Assembly (NCBI GenBank): GCA_964599475.1
Contig: CAZRFU010000016.1
Location: 17,619 to 81,618 of the forward strand
Direction of reading: 5' to 3'
DNA from: an uncultured Thermoanaerobaculia bacterium
GTDB taxonomy: Bacteria > Acidobacteriota > Thermoanaerobaculia > Multivoradales > CAZRFU01
DNA: 64,000 nt
The notes beneath the pieces were generated by a model, which was not told the origin of the DNA, made no database searches, and saw only the letters and a list, made by a program, of their open reading frames with translations. The position numbers were made by a program, and so were the translations under genes. This document shows, piece by piece, positions 9,452-19,609 of the stretch (its first letter is position 1; the number at the start of each line of letters is the position of its first letter).

Positions 9452-10057
9452 TCAGCCTGGGCGTGGTTCGAATCCGGTCAGCTCGAGATGCAACATCGCG
9501 CGAGCGGCCCGCCAGTCGCGCTTGACCGTCCGCAGCGAGACCGCTGTCGCATCGGCGATCTCCCCAAAGGTCAGCCCGCCGAAGAAGTGCCACTCGACCG
9601 TTTGGGCCAAGCGCGGGGCTGCGAGCTCCAGACGAGACAGGGCAGCATCCAGCGCCAAGAGATCTTCGATCGGGGCCGACGTGCCCGGCGCTGCGACGGC
9701 GATGGCGTCGAGGTCGATCTCAGGCTGACCACCACCACGTTTGCCTGCCTGGCGCCCGCGCGCGCGGTCGACCACCACGTGGCGCATCGCGCGCGAAGCC
9801 ACTGCGAACAGGTGTTGACGATCTTCGAATGGTAGCGCCCCTCGGCGCGACAGCCGCAGGAACACTTCGTGCACGAGCGAGGTGGCGGACGGCCCCGCAA
9901 CTTGGGCCCGCAGGTGGCGACCCGCCAAGGCCCGGAGGTCGGCGTAGATCAGATCGAACACCTTGCCTGCAGCATCGCGGTCGCCGCCGCGAGCGGCTGC
10001 CAGGAGCGCGGTCACGGCGCCCTGGTCGCCTTCGGGGGAATCGCCGGCCGCACCCAT
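9452..10057 (-). CDS. ECF-type sigma-70 family factor (second copy, kinase-associated)
   Basis: Only the last 201 aa of ORF 9452-11290 look real: AVTALLAAARGGD, TSLVHEVFLRL and FFGGLTFGEIADATAVSLRTVKRDWRAARAML. ATG at 10057. The RBS is weak, so the start is moderately uncertain. Confidence 0.85.
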   Translation of the reverse strand: MGAAGDSPEGDQGAVTALLAAARGGDRDAAGKVFDLIYADLRALAGRHLRAQVAGPSATSLVHEVFLRLSRRGALPFEDRQHLFAVASRAMRHVVVDRARGRQAGKRGGGQPEIDLDAIAVAAPGTSAPIEDLLALDAALSRLELAAPRLAQTVEWHFFGGLTFGEIADATAVSLRTVKRDWRAARAMLHLELTGFEPRPG

Positions 10058-10108
10058 TCCGAAGATTCTAGCGCCGCGTCCGACATCTCCTGTAGCGTTG
10101 CCGCACCG

Positions 10109-13072
10109 ATGGCCACCTCCCGGCAGGAAGAGCGAGCGCGCTGGTTCGTCGAGCTGTGCGACCTCGAGCTGCGGGAGCGTGACCGGGCTCTCGAGGAGAT
10201 CGCCGCGAGCGATCCCCAGCTGGCGGCCGAGGTCGAAAGGCTGCTCCGCCTCGATCGGCAATCGAACGGGCCGATCGAAGCCCTGCGCGAGGAACTTGGA
10301 CCGGCCCTGCACTCGGCGTTTTCCGAACTGGAGGTGGCAGACCTTGCGCCGCCGGAACGGCTCGGCCCGTGGCGCCTGGGCGAAAGACTCGGTGCGGGCG
10401 GCATGGGCGAGGTCTGGGCCGCCGAACGCGCCGATGCCGGCTTTGCCCAGCGCGCTGCCATCAAGCTGGTCCGCTCGAACATGGCGAGCGAGGAGGTGGT
10501 GCGCCGCTTCGCCATCGAACGCCGGGCTCTCGCACGGCTCGAACATCCCGGCATCGCCCGGCTGCTCGACGGCGGTGTCGCTCCCGATGGTCGCCCGTGG
10601 TTCGCCATGGAGCGGGTCGACGGCATCGCGATCACGACCTTCGCCGACACCAACGCACTCGACCTCGGGTCGCGATTGCGACTCTTCCTCGCCGTCATCG
10701 AGTCCGTCGCCTTTGCTCACCAGGCGCTGGTGGTCCATCGCGACCTCAAGCCCTCGAACATCCTGGTGACCGCGGCCGGCGCGCCCAAAGTCCTGGACTT
10801 CGGCCTGGCCAAGCTGCTCGACCCGGCGGAAGGCAACCAGGACCAGCCGGAGCTCACGCACACCAACCTGCTGGCGCTGACCCCGGCTTACGCCGCTCCA
10901 GAGCAATTCCTCGGCGAGCCGACCACCACCGCAACCGACGTCTACGCCCTGGGCGCGGTTCTGTTCGAGCTCCTCACCGGGCAATTGCCGCACCAGCGGC
11001 GAAGCCCTTCGCTCGCCGTGCTGCTCGAAGGGCTCGAGCGCGAGACCCTCGAGCGCCCTTCTCAGCGCCTCAGGCGTTCGGCTGCCAGCGAACGCCCGGA
11101 TCGAGCCGCCAGGCTGCTCGAGGGAGACATCGACACCATCGTGCTGCAGGCTCTCGCCCGCGAACCGGCCCGCCGCTACCCAACCGTGGCGGCGCTCGGC
11201 GCGGACATCCGCGCCCACCTCGAAGGGCGGCCGATCGCGGCACGGCCGGCCTCGGCCTTCTACCTCTTCTCCAAGTTCCTCGGGCGGCACCGAGCGGCGG
11301 CGATCGCTGCGCTGACCGTGGTGTCGGCCCTGAGCGTCAGCCTGATCGTCTCGTTGCAGCAGACTGCGGTCGCTCGCGCCGCCCTCGCCACGGCACAGAG
11401 CGAGGCCCGGCGCGCCGAGAGGGTCAAGGACTTCCTAGTGTCCGTGTTCGAACAGGCCGACCCAACCCACACCCAAGGAGCCGACGTGCCGGCGCGACAG
11501 ATCCTCGCCGAGGGCGCGGCCCAGCTGAGGACCAACCTCGCCGACGAGCCCGAGGTCCGCGCCGAGCTCTACGACACCGTCGCGCAGATCCAGACCAGCC
11601 TGGGATTGCTCGAAGAGGGGCTGGCCAACGCCGAAGCCGGCGCCGCAGAGCGCAAGCGGCAGTTCGGTGACAGCTCGCGCGAGTACGCCCGCAGCCGGGT
11701 GACGGTGGGCCGGGCCAAGCTGCAGCAGGCCCAGTTCGCTGGCGCGCTGGAGGACTTCGACCATGCCCTATCGGTGTTCGAAGCCAGGGTGGATACCCGC
11801 TCGCTCGACTTCGCGAAGGCACTCTCCGGTCGGGCCGAGGCCCGTCTGATGCTTGGCGACCCGGAGCAGGCGCGCACCGATCAGCTCGCCGCCAATGCGA
11901 TCTATGCCGCGGCCCTCGGGCCTGAGGATCGGGAAACCCTCGGCCAGCTCTCGAATCTCGCCGTGATCGAAACCCGGTCCGGAACCGTCCTCGAGGCCGC
12001 GCGGATCTTCCGCCAGGTGCTGGCCGGCCTCGAACGCGTCGAGCCCCCGGACTCGGCACGTGTGCTCGATGTCGTCCTCAATCTCGCCACCGCCCTCGAC
12101 ACCGCCGGCCAGAGCACAGAGGCCTTGGCGCTGTTCGAACGCGTCGTCGCCGGTCGCCGGAGGATCTACGGGGACCAACACCCCCTGCTTGCCGAAGCGC
12201 TGGTGATCGCCGGGCTCAGGATGTCGCGAGCCGGCCGTGGCGACGACGCACTTCGAGCGCTCGACGAGGCCCGCGCGATCTACGCACCGCTCGATCACCC
12301 GGAGCTCGGTACCGTCGACAACTTCAGCGGCCTGACCTACGCCGACCTGGGGCGGTTCGCCGAAGCCGAGGCGGCGTTCGCGGCAGCGTCGGCTCGGTTC
12401 TCACGGGACCTCGGCCCCGCGCACGTGATGACGGTTTCCGCCAACGCCAATCGGGCCAACGTGGTGAGTGAGCTCGGTCGCGAGGACGAGGCAGTCGAGC
12501 TGTTCGCCGAGGCGGTCGCCCAGCTGCGTGTGCTCCAGCAGCTCGACAACCCGAGGCTGTTGCGCATGCGACTGAACTGGGGAGCGGCGCTGCGCCGCGC
12601 CGGACGCTTTGCCGAAGCGCGGTCGGTGCTGGAAGCCGCGATGGCGGCCGCGCGCGAGCAGTTCGGAGGCGACCATCTGCGCATTGCCGAGGGCTCGGTC
12701 GAGCTCGCCCGCCTCGAGCTGGCTGCGAGAACGTCCACCGCTCCCGAGGTCGCTGCCTCACTGCTCGCCGAGGCGGAGCGGATCGCCGAGAACAACCCGC
12801 CCAACGCCGCCTTGGCCCGCAATCTGGCGGCAGCGAGGGCGGAACTGCGGGAGGCAAACGGTTCCTCGGCACCCATCACGGCCCCGACCACCCTGCCATC
12901 GACCCCGCTCGAACCCGTCCGAGAAGATCAGGCCATTGTCGAGGCTGGGGGACGGGCTCTACCATCTCCTGGCGTGCGGCGCGATCGAGGTGGAGATCAG
13001 CTCCGGCTCGGTGTCCGCGGTAGACGTCTTCGCCGACCGGCTGCGATTCGAGCTGCTGGATCTGCTGCGTGA
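10109..13072 (+). CDS. Ser/Thr protein kinase with one transmembrane segment and a C-terminal TPR array (3' end uncertain)
   Basis: ATG 10109 (MATSRQEERARWF). LGAGGMGEVW, AIKL, HRDLKPSNILV, DFGLAKL and APE motifs. TM segment AAAIAALTVVSALSVSLIVSL, then TPR repeats. The last ~60 aa are low-complexity and overlap an out-of-frame DGFESGDTSAWS tail. Confidence 0.85.
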   Translation: MATSRQEERARWFVELCDLELRERDRALEEIAASDPQLAAEVERLLRLDRQSNGPIEALREELGPALHSAFSELEVADLAPPERLGPWRLGERLGAGGMGEVWAAERADAGFAQRAAIKLVRSNMASEEVVRRFAIERRALARLEHPGIARLLDGGVAPDGRPWFAMERVDGIAITTFADTNALDLGSRLRLFLAVIESVAFAHQALVVHRDLKPSNILVTAAGAPKVLDFGLAKLLDPAEGNQDQPELTHTNLLALTPAYAAPEQFLGEPTTTATDVYALGAVLFELLTGQLPHQRRSPSLAVLLEGLERETLERPSQRLRRSAASERPDRAARLLEGDIDTIVLQALAREPARRYPTVAALGADIRAHLEGRPIAARPASAFYLFSKFLGRHRAAAIAALTVVSALSVSLIVSLQQTAVARAALATAQSEARRAERVKDFLVSVFEQADPTHTQGADVPARQILAEGAAQLRTNLADEPEVRAELYDTVAQIQTSLGLLEEGLANAEAGAAERKRQFGDSSREYARSRVTVGRAKLQQAQFAGALEDFDHALSVFEARVDTRSLDFAKALSGRAEARLMLGDPEQARTDQLAANAIYAAALGPEDRETLGQLSNLAVIETRSGTVLEAARIFRQVLAGLERVEPPDSARVLDVVLNLATALDTAGQSTEALALFERVVAGRRRIYGDQHPLLAEALVIAGLRMSRAGRGDDALRALDEARAIYAPLDHPELGTVDNFSGLTYADLGRFAEAEAAFAAASARFSRDLGPAHVMTVSANANRANVVSELGREDEAVELFAEAVAQLRVLQQLDNPRLLRMRLNWGAALRRAGRFAEARSVLEAAMAAAREQFGGDHLRIAEGSVELARLELAARTSTAPEVAASLLAEAERIAENNPPNAALARNLAAARAELREANGSSAPITAPTTLPSTPLEPVREDQAIVEAGGRALPSPGVRRDRGGDQLRLGVRGRRLRRPAAIRAAGSAA

Positions 13073-13256
13073 CGGCTTCGAAAGTGGCGACACCAGCGCA
13101 TGGTCGCTCGCGGTGCCGTAGCCGCGGCCATCCGGCCTGCGGGCTATCATCTGCTCGCGGTGACCGAGATGCCGAGCGCGGACTCGCCATTCGCAACGGT
13201 CGCGGCGCAGGCCGAGAGCAGAGAAGCCGACGAAGGCCCGGCGGGTTCAGCCGAGT

Positions 13257-13856
13257 TTGGGGTGCGGCTGGAGGATTCTCGTGGAAGAGTGGTGGTATTC
13301 ATGGATCGCACTGCCCGGGCTGATCTTCCTTGCCCGTACCACTGATGTCGGCCTGTCGACCCTGCGTATCCTGTTCATCGGCCAGGGCCGTCGCGGTCTG
13401 GCTGCCGCCACCGGGTTCTTCGAGGCGATCATCTGGCTGACGGTGGTGTCGCAGACCTTCAAGCACCTCGACAACCCGCTGGCGATCATCGCGTACGGCG
13501 GAGGCTTCGCCATGGGCAACGTCGTGGGGATGATGCTCGAAGGCAAGCTTCGACTGGGAGTCCAGGTCGCCCGGATCATCGGCGCCCGGGATCCGACGCT
13601 GTTGCAGGATTCGCTGAGGGCCCTCGACATCGGCTTCACCAGACTCGAGGGTCACGGCGCTCAGGGGCCCGTCTGGGTACTGTTTACGGTCGTGCGTCGG
13701 CGCGACGTGGCACGCCTGCTCGAGGCCGTCGAACGCGTCGCTCCCCAGGCCTTCGTGTCGATCGAGGACGTCCGACGGGTCGACCACGGTGTTTTCCCGC
13801 ACCCACCGATAGCGACCGAATGGCCGGGCTGGCGGCTGCTACGCAAGGCGCGCTGA
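13257..13856 (+). CDS. UPF0316 / DUF2179-domain membrane protein
   Basis: Collinear with the UPF0316 family: ...TLRILFIGQG..., IAYGGGFAMGNVVGMMLEGKLRLG, and a C-terminal DUF2179-like FVSIEDVRRV. The start is TTG 13257 or GTG 13281. Confidence 0.8.
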   Translation: MGCGWRILVEEWWYSWIALPGLIFLARTTDVGLSTLRILFIGQGRRGLAAATGFFEAIIWLTVVSQTFKHLDNPLAIIAYGGGFAMGNVVGMMLEGKLRLGVQVARIIGARDPTLLQDSLRALDIGFTRLEGHGAQGPVWVLFTVVRRRDVARLLEAVERVAPQAFVSIEDVRRVDHGVFPHPPIATEWPGWRLLRKAR

Positions 13857-13901
13857 ACTTCCGTGCTATTATTTGAAGGAGTTTCTCGAAGGAGAGGTCC
13901 C

Positions 13902-14369
13902 ATGTCGAAGATGTTCAGCTGGAGTCTCCTGGTGCTGATCGCGTCCGCCGCGAGCGCCGGCACCTTCACCGTGACCCTGCACAACGGCAACAGCTTCGAG
14001 AGCCGCTACCAGCCCAAGGCTGCCAGCTGGGATGACAACGTCATCCTGGTGCTCGACGAGCTCGGCAACTGGGTTGGGCTCGAGCGCGCCGACGTCAAGT
14101 CGGTGATCTCCGACATCGAGGCTCGCGGCTACGGCATCGTCATCGACACGACGACCAAGGAGTTCGGCTTCGCCCCGAACGACGCCGCGCTCCCCGACGA
14201 AGAAGGTGGCGCACAGCCGCAGCAGGCGCCGTCGGCCCTCGACCGCATCCTCGGGCAGACCTACGACACGCCGCAGTTCGTCGAGCCCGGCTCGAGTGGT
14301 GGCGGGTTCCCGGTCTTCAGCGTCGGAACCAGCGGCAGCGCGGCCACTCAGCCGCAGGGCCCTCGCTGA
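13902..14369 (+). CDS. Secreted hypothetical protein
   Basis: GGAGAGG lies upstream of ATG 13902. Signal peptide MSKMFSWSLLVLIASAASAG. No recognisable domain. Confidence 0.65.
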   Translation: MSKMFSWSLLVLIASAASAGTFTVTLHNGNSFESRYQPKAASWDDNVILVLDELGNWVGLERADVKSVISDIEARGYGIVIDTTTKEFGFAPNDAALPDEEGGAQPQQAPSALDRILGQTYDTPQFVEPGSSGGGFPVFSVGTSGSAATQPQGPR

Positions 14370-14378
14370 TCTCGGGCC

Positions 14379-15131
14379 GTGGCGCGGCTGATCCGTGACG
14401 GCGGCGGCTACGCCGTCCTCGAACGCGGCGCCGCGCTGCGCTTGAAGAGCAATCCCTTCGAGGTTCCGCGGCACGCCTGGGAGCTGGGCTCCCCCTGCGA
14501 GCCCGGCACGGCGCAGGTACCGGTGCACCCACGGACGGTCTTGGGCATCGGTCGCAGCTACCGCGCCCACGCCGAAGAGCTCGGCAACCAGGCTCCCGAG
14601 TCTCCGCTACTCTTCCTCAAGGCACCGAGCTCGCTGCTCGACCCCGGTGCCCCGCTTGCGATCCCCACCAGCTGCGGCCGGATCGACTTCGAGGGTGAGA
14701 TCGCGCTGGTGCTGGCATCGCGGCTGGATCGAGTACCAGCAGACGAGACCCTGTCGAAGGTGCTCGGAGTCACCGCTGCGTGCGACACCACCGCGCGCGA
14801 GATCCAGCAGGGTGACCGCACCTTCGCCCGTGGCAAGTCGCTGGTCTCGAGTTGCCCGATCGGCCCGGTGATCGATCTCGATCCCGACTGGGGAAACCTC
14901 GAGGTCGTCACGCGGATCAACGGCGTCGAGCGTCAGCGTGGACACGAGCGGATGTTGCTGTGGCCGATCGCGGAGATTCTCGCCTACGTGTCGAACTGGA
15001 TCGTGCTCGAAGCCGGGGACGTGATCCTCCTCGGCACCCCTGCAGGCGTTGCGCCCTTGAGCCCCGGCGACCGGTTGGAGGTCGAGGTCAGCGGCGTCGG
15101 GGTGTTGCACAACCCTGTCGTAGCGCGCTGA
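14379..15131 (+). CDS. Fumarylacetoacetate hydrolase (FAH) family protein
   Basis: FLKAPSSL, IDFEGEIALVL, ACDTTAREIQ, ARGKS....PIGP and GDVILLGTPAGV motifs. GTG start. Confidence 0.85.
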   Translation: MARLIRDGGGYAVLERGAALRLKSNPFEVPRHAWELGSPCEPGTAQVPVHPRTVLGIGRSYRAHAEELGNQAPESPLLFLKAPSSLLDPGAPLAIPTSCGRIDFEGEIALVLASRLDRVPADETLSKVLGVTAACDTTAREIQQGDRTFARGKSLVSSCPIGPVIDLDPDWGNLEVVTRINGVERQRGHERMLLWPIAEILAYVSNWIVLEAGDVILLGTPAGVAPLSPGDRLEVEVSGVGVLHNPVVAR

Positions 15132-15592
15132 TGGGGCCTCGGCGTCTCAGGCAGGTCATCGCCCTGATCGTGGCGCTGGCTGCCGCGGTGATCGGCCTCG
15201 AGGGCCGCGGATACCCCTGGTCACTGGCCGCGATCTTGGGTGCTGCCTGCGGAGCGTTCGTCTGGGTCTTGCTCGAGCGGATCGGCGAGATCGCGGCGAT
15301 GTTCGGCGATCACCACCCGCCACGGGAAGACGAGGACCGCCGCCAACAGCGCGAGATGGATCCACCCGCCGAAGACCATTCCGGCGCCGAGGGATACCAA
15401 CCAGGTCGAGAACAAGCCGAAGGTGAGGGCCAGCCGCAAGAGCTCGGGGCGCATGATGCACAGTCTAACCCCGAGGAGCCACTTCGCCGTGCGACGCTGG
15501 ATACTGACACCCCCGAGGTGCTGTTCGACCACCCGCTGATGCGAGCCGAACGGCGTCGGCTGCCGGCACCGGACGAGGAGCAGCACCGCTGA
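15131..15592 (+). CDS. Hypothetical membrane protein with two N-terminal TM helices and an acidic tail
   Basis: Joined by TGATG overlaps to the upstream gene (15129-15133) and to crcB (15590-15594). High GC3 in the TM part. It competes with the antisense ORF 15221-15586. Confidence 0.5.
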   Translation: MGPRRLRQVIALIVALAAAVIGLEGRGYPWSLAAILGAACGAFVWVLLERIGEIAAMFGDHHPPREDEDRRQQREMDPPAEDHSGAEGYQPGREQAEGEGQPQELGAHDAQSNPEEPLRRATLDTDTPEVLFDHPLMRAERRRLPAPDEEQHR

Positions 15593-15987
15593 TGCTACGC
15601 CTCGCCGTCGCCGTCGCCGCCGGCGGGGCCCTCGGCGCCCTGCTGCGCTGGGGTGTCGGTCTGGCGGGCCTCGAGCTCGCGCGTCGGCTCCCGGAGCCGG
15701 CGCGCTGGTGGCCTCTCGGCACCCTGGCAGCCAACGCCCTCGGCTGTTTTGCCATCGGCCTGCTCGTCGGGATCTTCGAACACCGCTGGGCAGCCCCGAG
15801 CGGGTGGCGAGCCTTTCTGGTGGTCGGGCTCCTCGGCGGATTCACCACCTTTTCGAGCTACGCTCTCGAGGCGGTGCAGATGGTCCAAGACGGCCGGGCC
15901 CGCGAAGCCCTCGGCTACGTGCTGGTTTCAACCGTCGGCGGGGTGCTGCTGGTCGCCGCCGGCTGGACCCTCGGCCGAGCGACGTGA
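15592..15987 (+). CDS. crcB: Fluoride ion channel CrcB/FluC
   Basis: 131 aa and four TM helices. GTLAANALGCF and LLGGFTTFSSY signature motifs. Confidence 0.9.
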   Translation: MLRLAVAVAAGGALGALLRWGVGLAGLELARRLPEPARWWPLGTLAANALGCFAIGLLVGIFEHRWAAPSGWRAFLVVGLLGGFTTFSSYALEAVQMVQDGRAREALGYVLVSTVGGVLLVAAGWTLGRAT

Positions 15988-15994
15988 GCAGTTG

Positions 15995-16075
15995 CCTACG
16001 CACCCTGCACCCCGGCCGTGCACCCCGGCCGATGAAAATCCGGTCTTCAGTACCCGGTACCTGGTACCCTCGTGG
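15995..16075. repeat. Member of the heptad-repeat intergenic element family
   Basis: 13-nt tandem duplication TGCACCCCGGCCG x2 (16006-16031), the core GATGAAAATCCGGTCTTCAG, and heptads GTACCCG GTACCTG GTACCCT (16050-16070). About 45 nt is a near-exact inverted copy of 30925-30968. Confidence 0.8.
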
Positions 16076-16105
16076 GCGCCTGCCAACCGTGTAAGCTCAC
16101 TCGCG

Positions 16106-16582
16106 ATGCGACTCGCCAAGTACTCGATACTCGCCGCCGCCGGCATGCTCCTGACCTGGGGCTGTGGCCCAGGCGAAAGCACGGGCGAACCGGCCGCAGC
16201 CCCCAACGAGCTGGTGACCGAAGAGGTCGCTGCACCGGTTGACGCGGCAGTCGATGTCGACGCCGACCCCAAAGCAATCGCCCGCAGTCACGAGAGCGTC
16301 GGCGGCGTGTTGCCCTCGGACTTTCCCGCAAGCTTCACTCTGCCGCGACCCGCGAGCATCATCGATCTGAGCTCGACCGACGACGGTTGGAGCACCGTAG
16401 TGCTTCGTACGCCCTCGTCACCCGGCCAGGTCGCAGGATTCTTCGCCCGCGAGCTGCCCCGGGGTGGCTGGACTGAATACGGTGGGCTGTGGATGCGCGA
16501 CCGCACCCAGGTCCGGGTGACGGTGAAGGTGCTCCCCGACGGCGCCCGGGTCCAGCTGGACTACCGCACCTCCGCCAGCTAG
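16106..16582 (+). CDS. Lipoprotein, hypothetical
   Basis: ATG 16106. Signal peptide with lipobox, MRLAKYSILAAAGMLLTWGC. No recognisable domain. Confidence 0.7.
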   Translation: MRLAKYSILAAAGMLLTWGCGPGESTGEPAAAPNELVTEEVAAPVDAAVDVDADPKAIARSHESVGGVLPSDFPASFTLPRPASIIDLSSTDDGWSTVVLRTPSSPGQVAGFFARELPRGGWTEYGGLWMRDRTQVRVTVKVLPDGARVQLDYRTSAS

Positions 16583-16642
16583 GAGGACTCGGCGGGGCGG
16601 CCCGGTCGGACGTGAATGGCGCCGTCCGAGCCCGAGGACCAA

Positions 16643-16772
16643 GGTACCGGGTACCAGGTACTCGTCGGAGCGCGAAAGCCACCCTCGGACGAAGCGCGCG
16701 AACGCCCGTCCATGTCGACCCGACGGGACGCCCGCCCTCCGGCTGGTCCCGGGTACCGGGTCCCGGGTCCCT
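16643..16772. repeat. Heptad-repeat intergenic element with two arrays bracketing a core
   Basis: GGTACCG GGTACCA GGTACTC (16643-16663) and GGTCCCG GGTACCG GGTCCCG GGTCCCT (16745-16772) flank an ~80-nt GC-rich core. The core begins CGTCGGAGCGCG, which is conserved next to the heptads at 31.0 kb and 35.7 kb in the opposite orientation. Confidence 0.8.
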
Positions 16773-16776
16773 ATCT

Positions 16777-17199
16777 CTACCGCCCAGCCGCCACCAGCCG
16801 TGCCCGGCACAACTCGATGGTGCGCATCGAGTCGCGGTAGCTCTCGTCCTGCGCTGCCACCACGAGCTTCTCCGCTGCAGCCATCGCCGCCTTGGTCGCG
16901 TCGACATCGATCTGCTCGGGGCCCTCGGCCTGATCGGCCAGCACCGTGACGACGTTGGCGCGCACCTCGCAGAAACCGCCGGACAGCGCAAAGACCCGAG
17001 TCTTCGCGCCGTCTTTGACCCGCATCACGCCGATGTCGAGCGTCGCCACCAAAGCGGCGTGGCCGGGGAGCACCCCGAACTCGCCCTTGCTGCCGGGCAG
17101 GATGACCTCGTCGCATGCGCCCGACAGAACCTCGCGATCGAGGGTGACGAGATCGAGGTGCAGGCGACCGGACGGCCCTGAGGTCGGTGCGTTTGCCAT
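16777..17199 (-). CDS. atpC: F1 ATP synthase epsilon subunit
   Basis: 140 aa. LPGSKGEFGVLPGHAALV motif. Last gene of the atp operon. The listed ORF start at 17643 is antisense run-on. Confidence 0.9.
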   Translation of the reverse strand: MANAPTSGPSGRLHLDLVTLDREVLSGACDEVILPGSKGEFGVLPGHAALVATLDIGVMRVKDGAKTRVFALSGGFCEVRANVVTVLADQAEGPEQIDVDATKAAMAAAEKLVVAAQDESYRDSMRTIELCRARLVAAGR

Positions 17200-17203
17200 G
17201 ACC

Positions 17204-19608
<2,405 letters not shown>

Positions 19609-19609
19609 C

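Noticed and set aside
9464-9478. GGTTCGAATCC, the classic tRNA T-loop sequence
   Set aside because: It lies inside the sigma-factor coding region (encoding ...TGFEP on the other strand). The flanking bases cannot form a 5-bp T-stem, and no acceptor or anticodon arms are present.
15221-15586. Minus-strand 121-aa ORF with two TM-like helices (MRPELLRLALTFGLF...)
   Set aside because: It competes with the plus-strand ORF 15131-15592. That ORF is locked to both neighbours by TGATG overlaps and has high GC3 in its TM region. I kept the plus-strand call, but only at 0.5 confidence.
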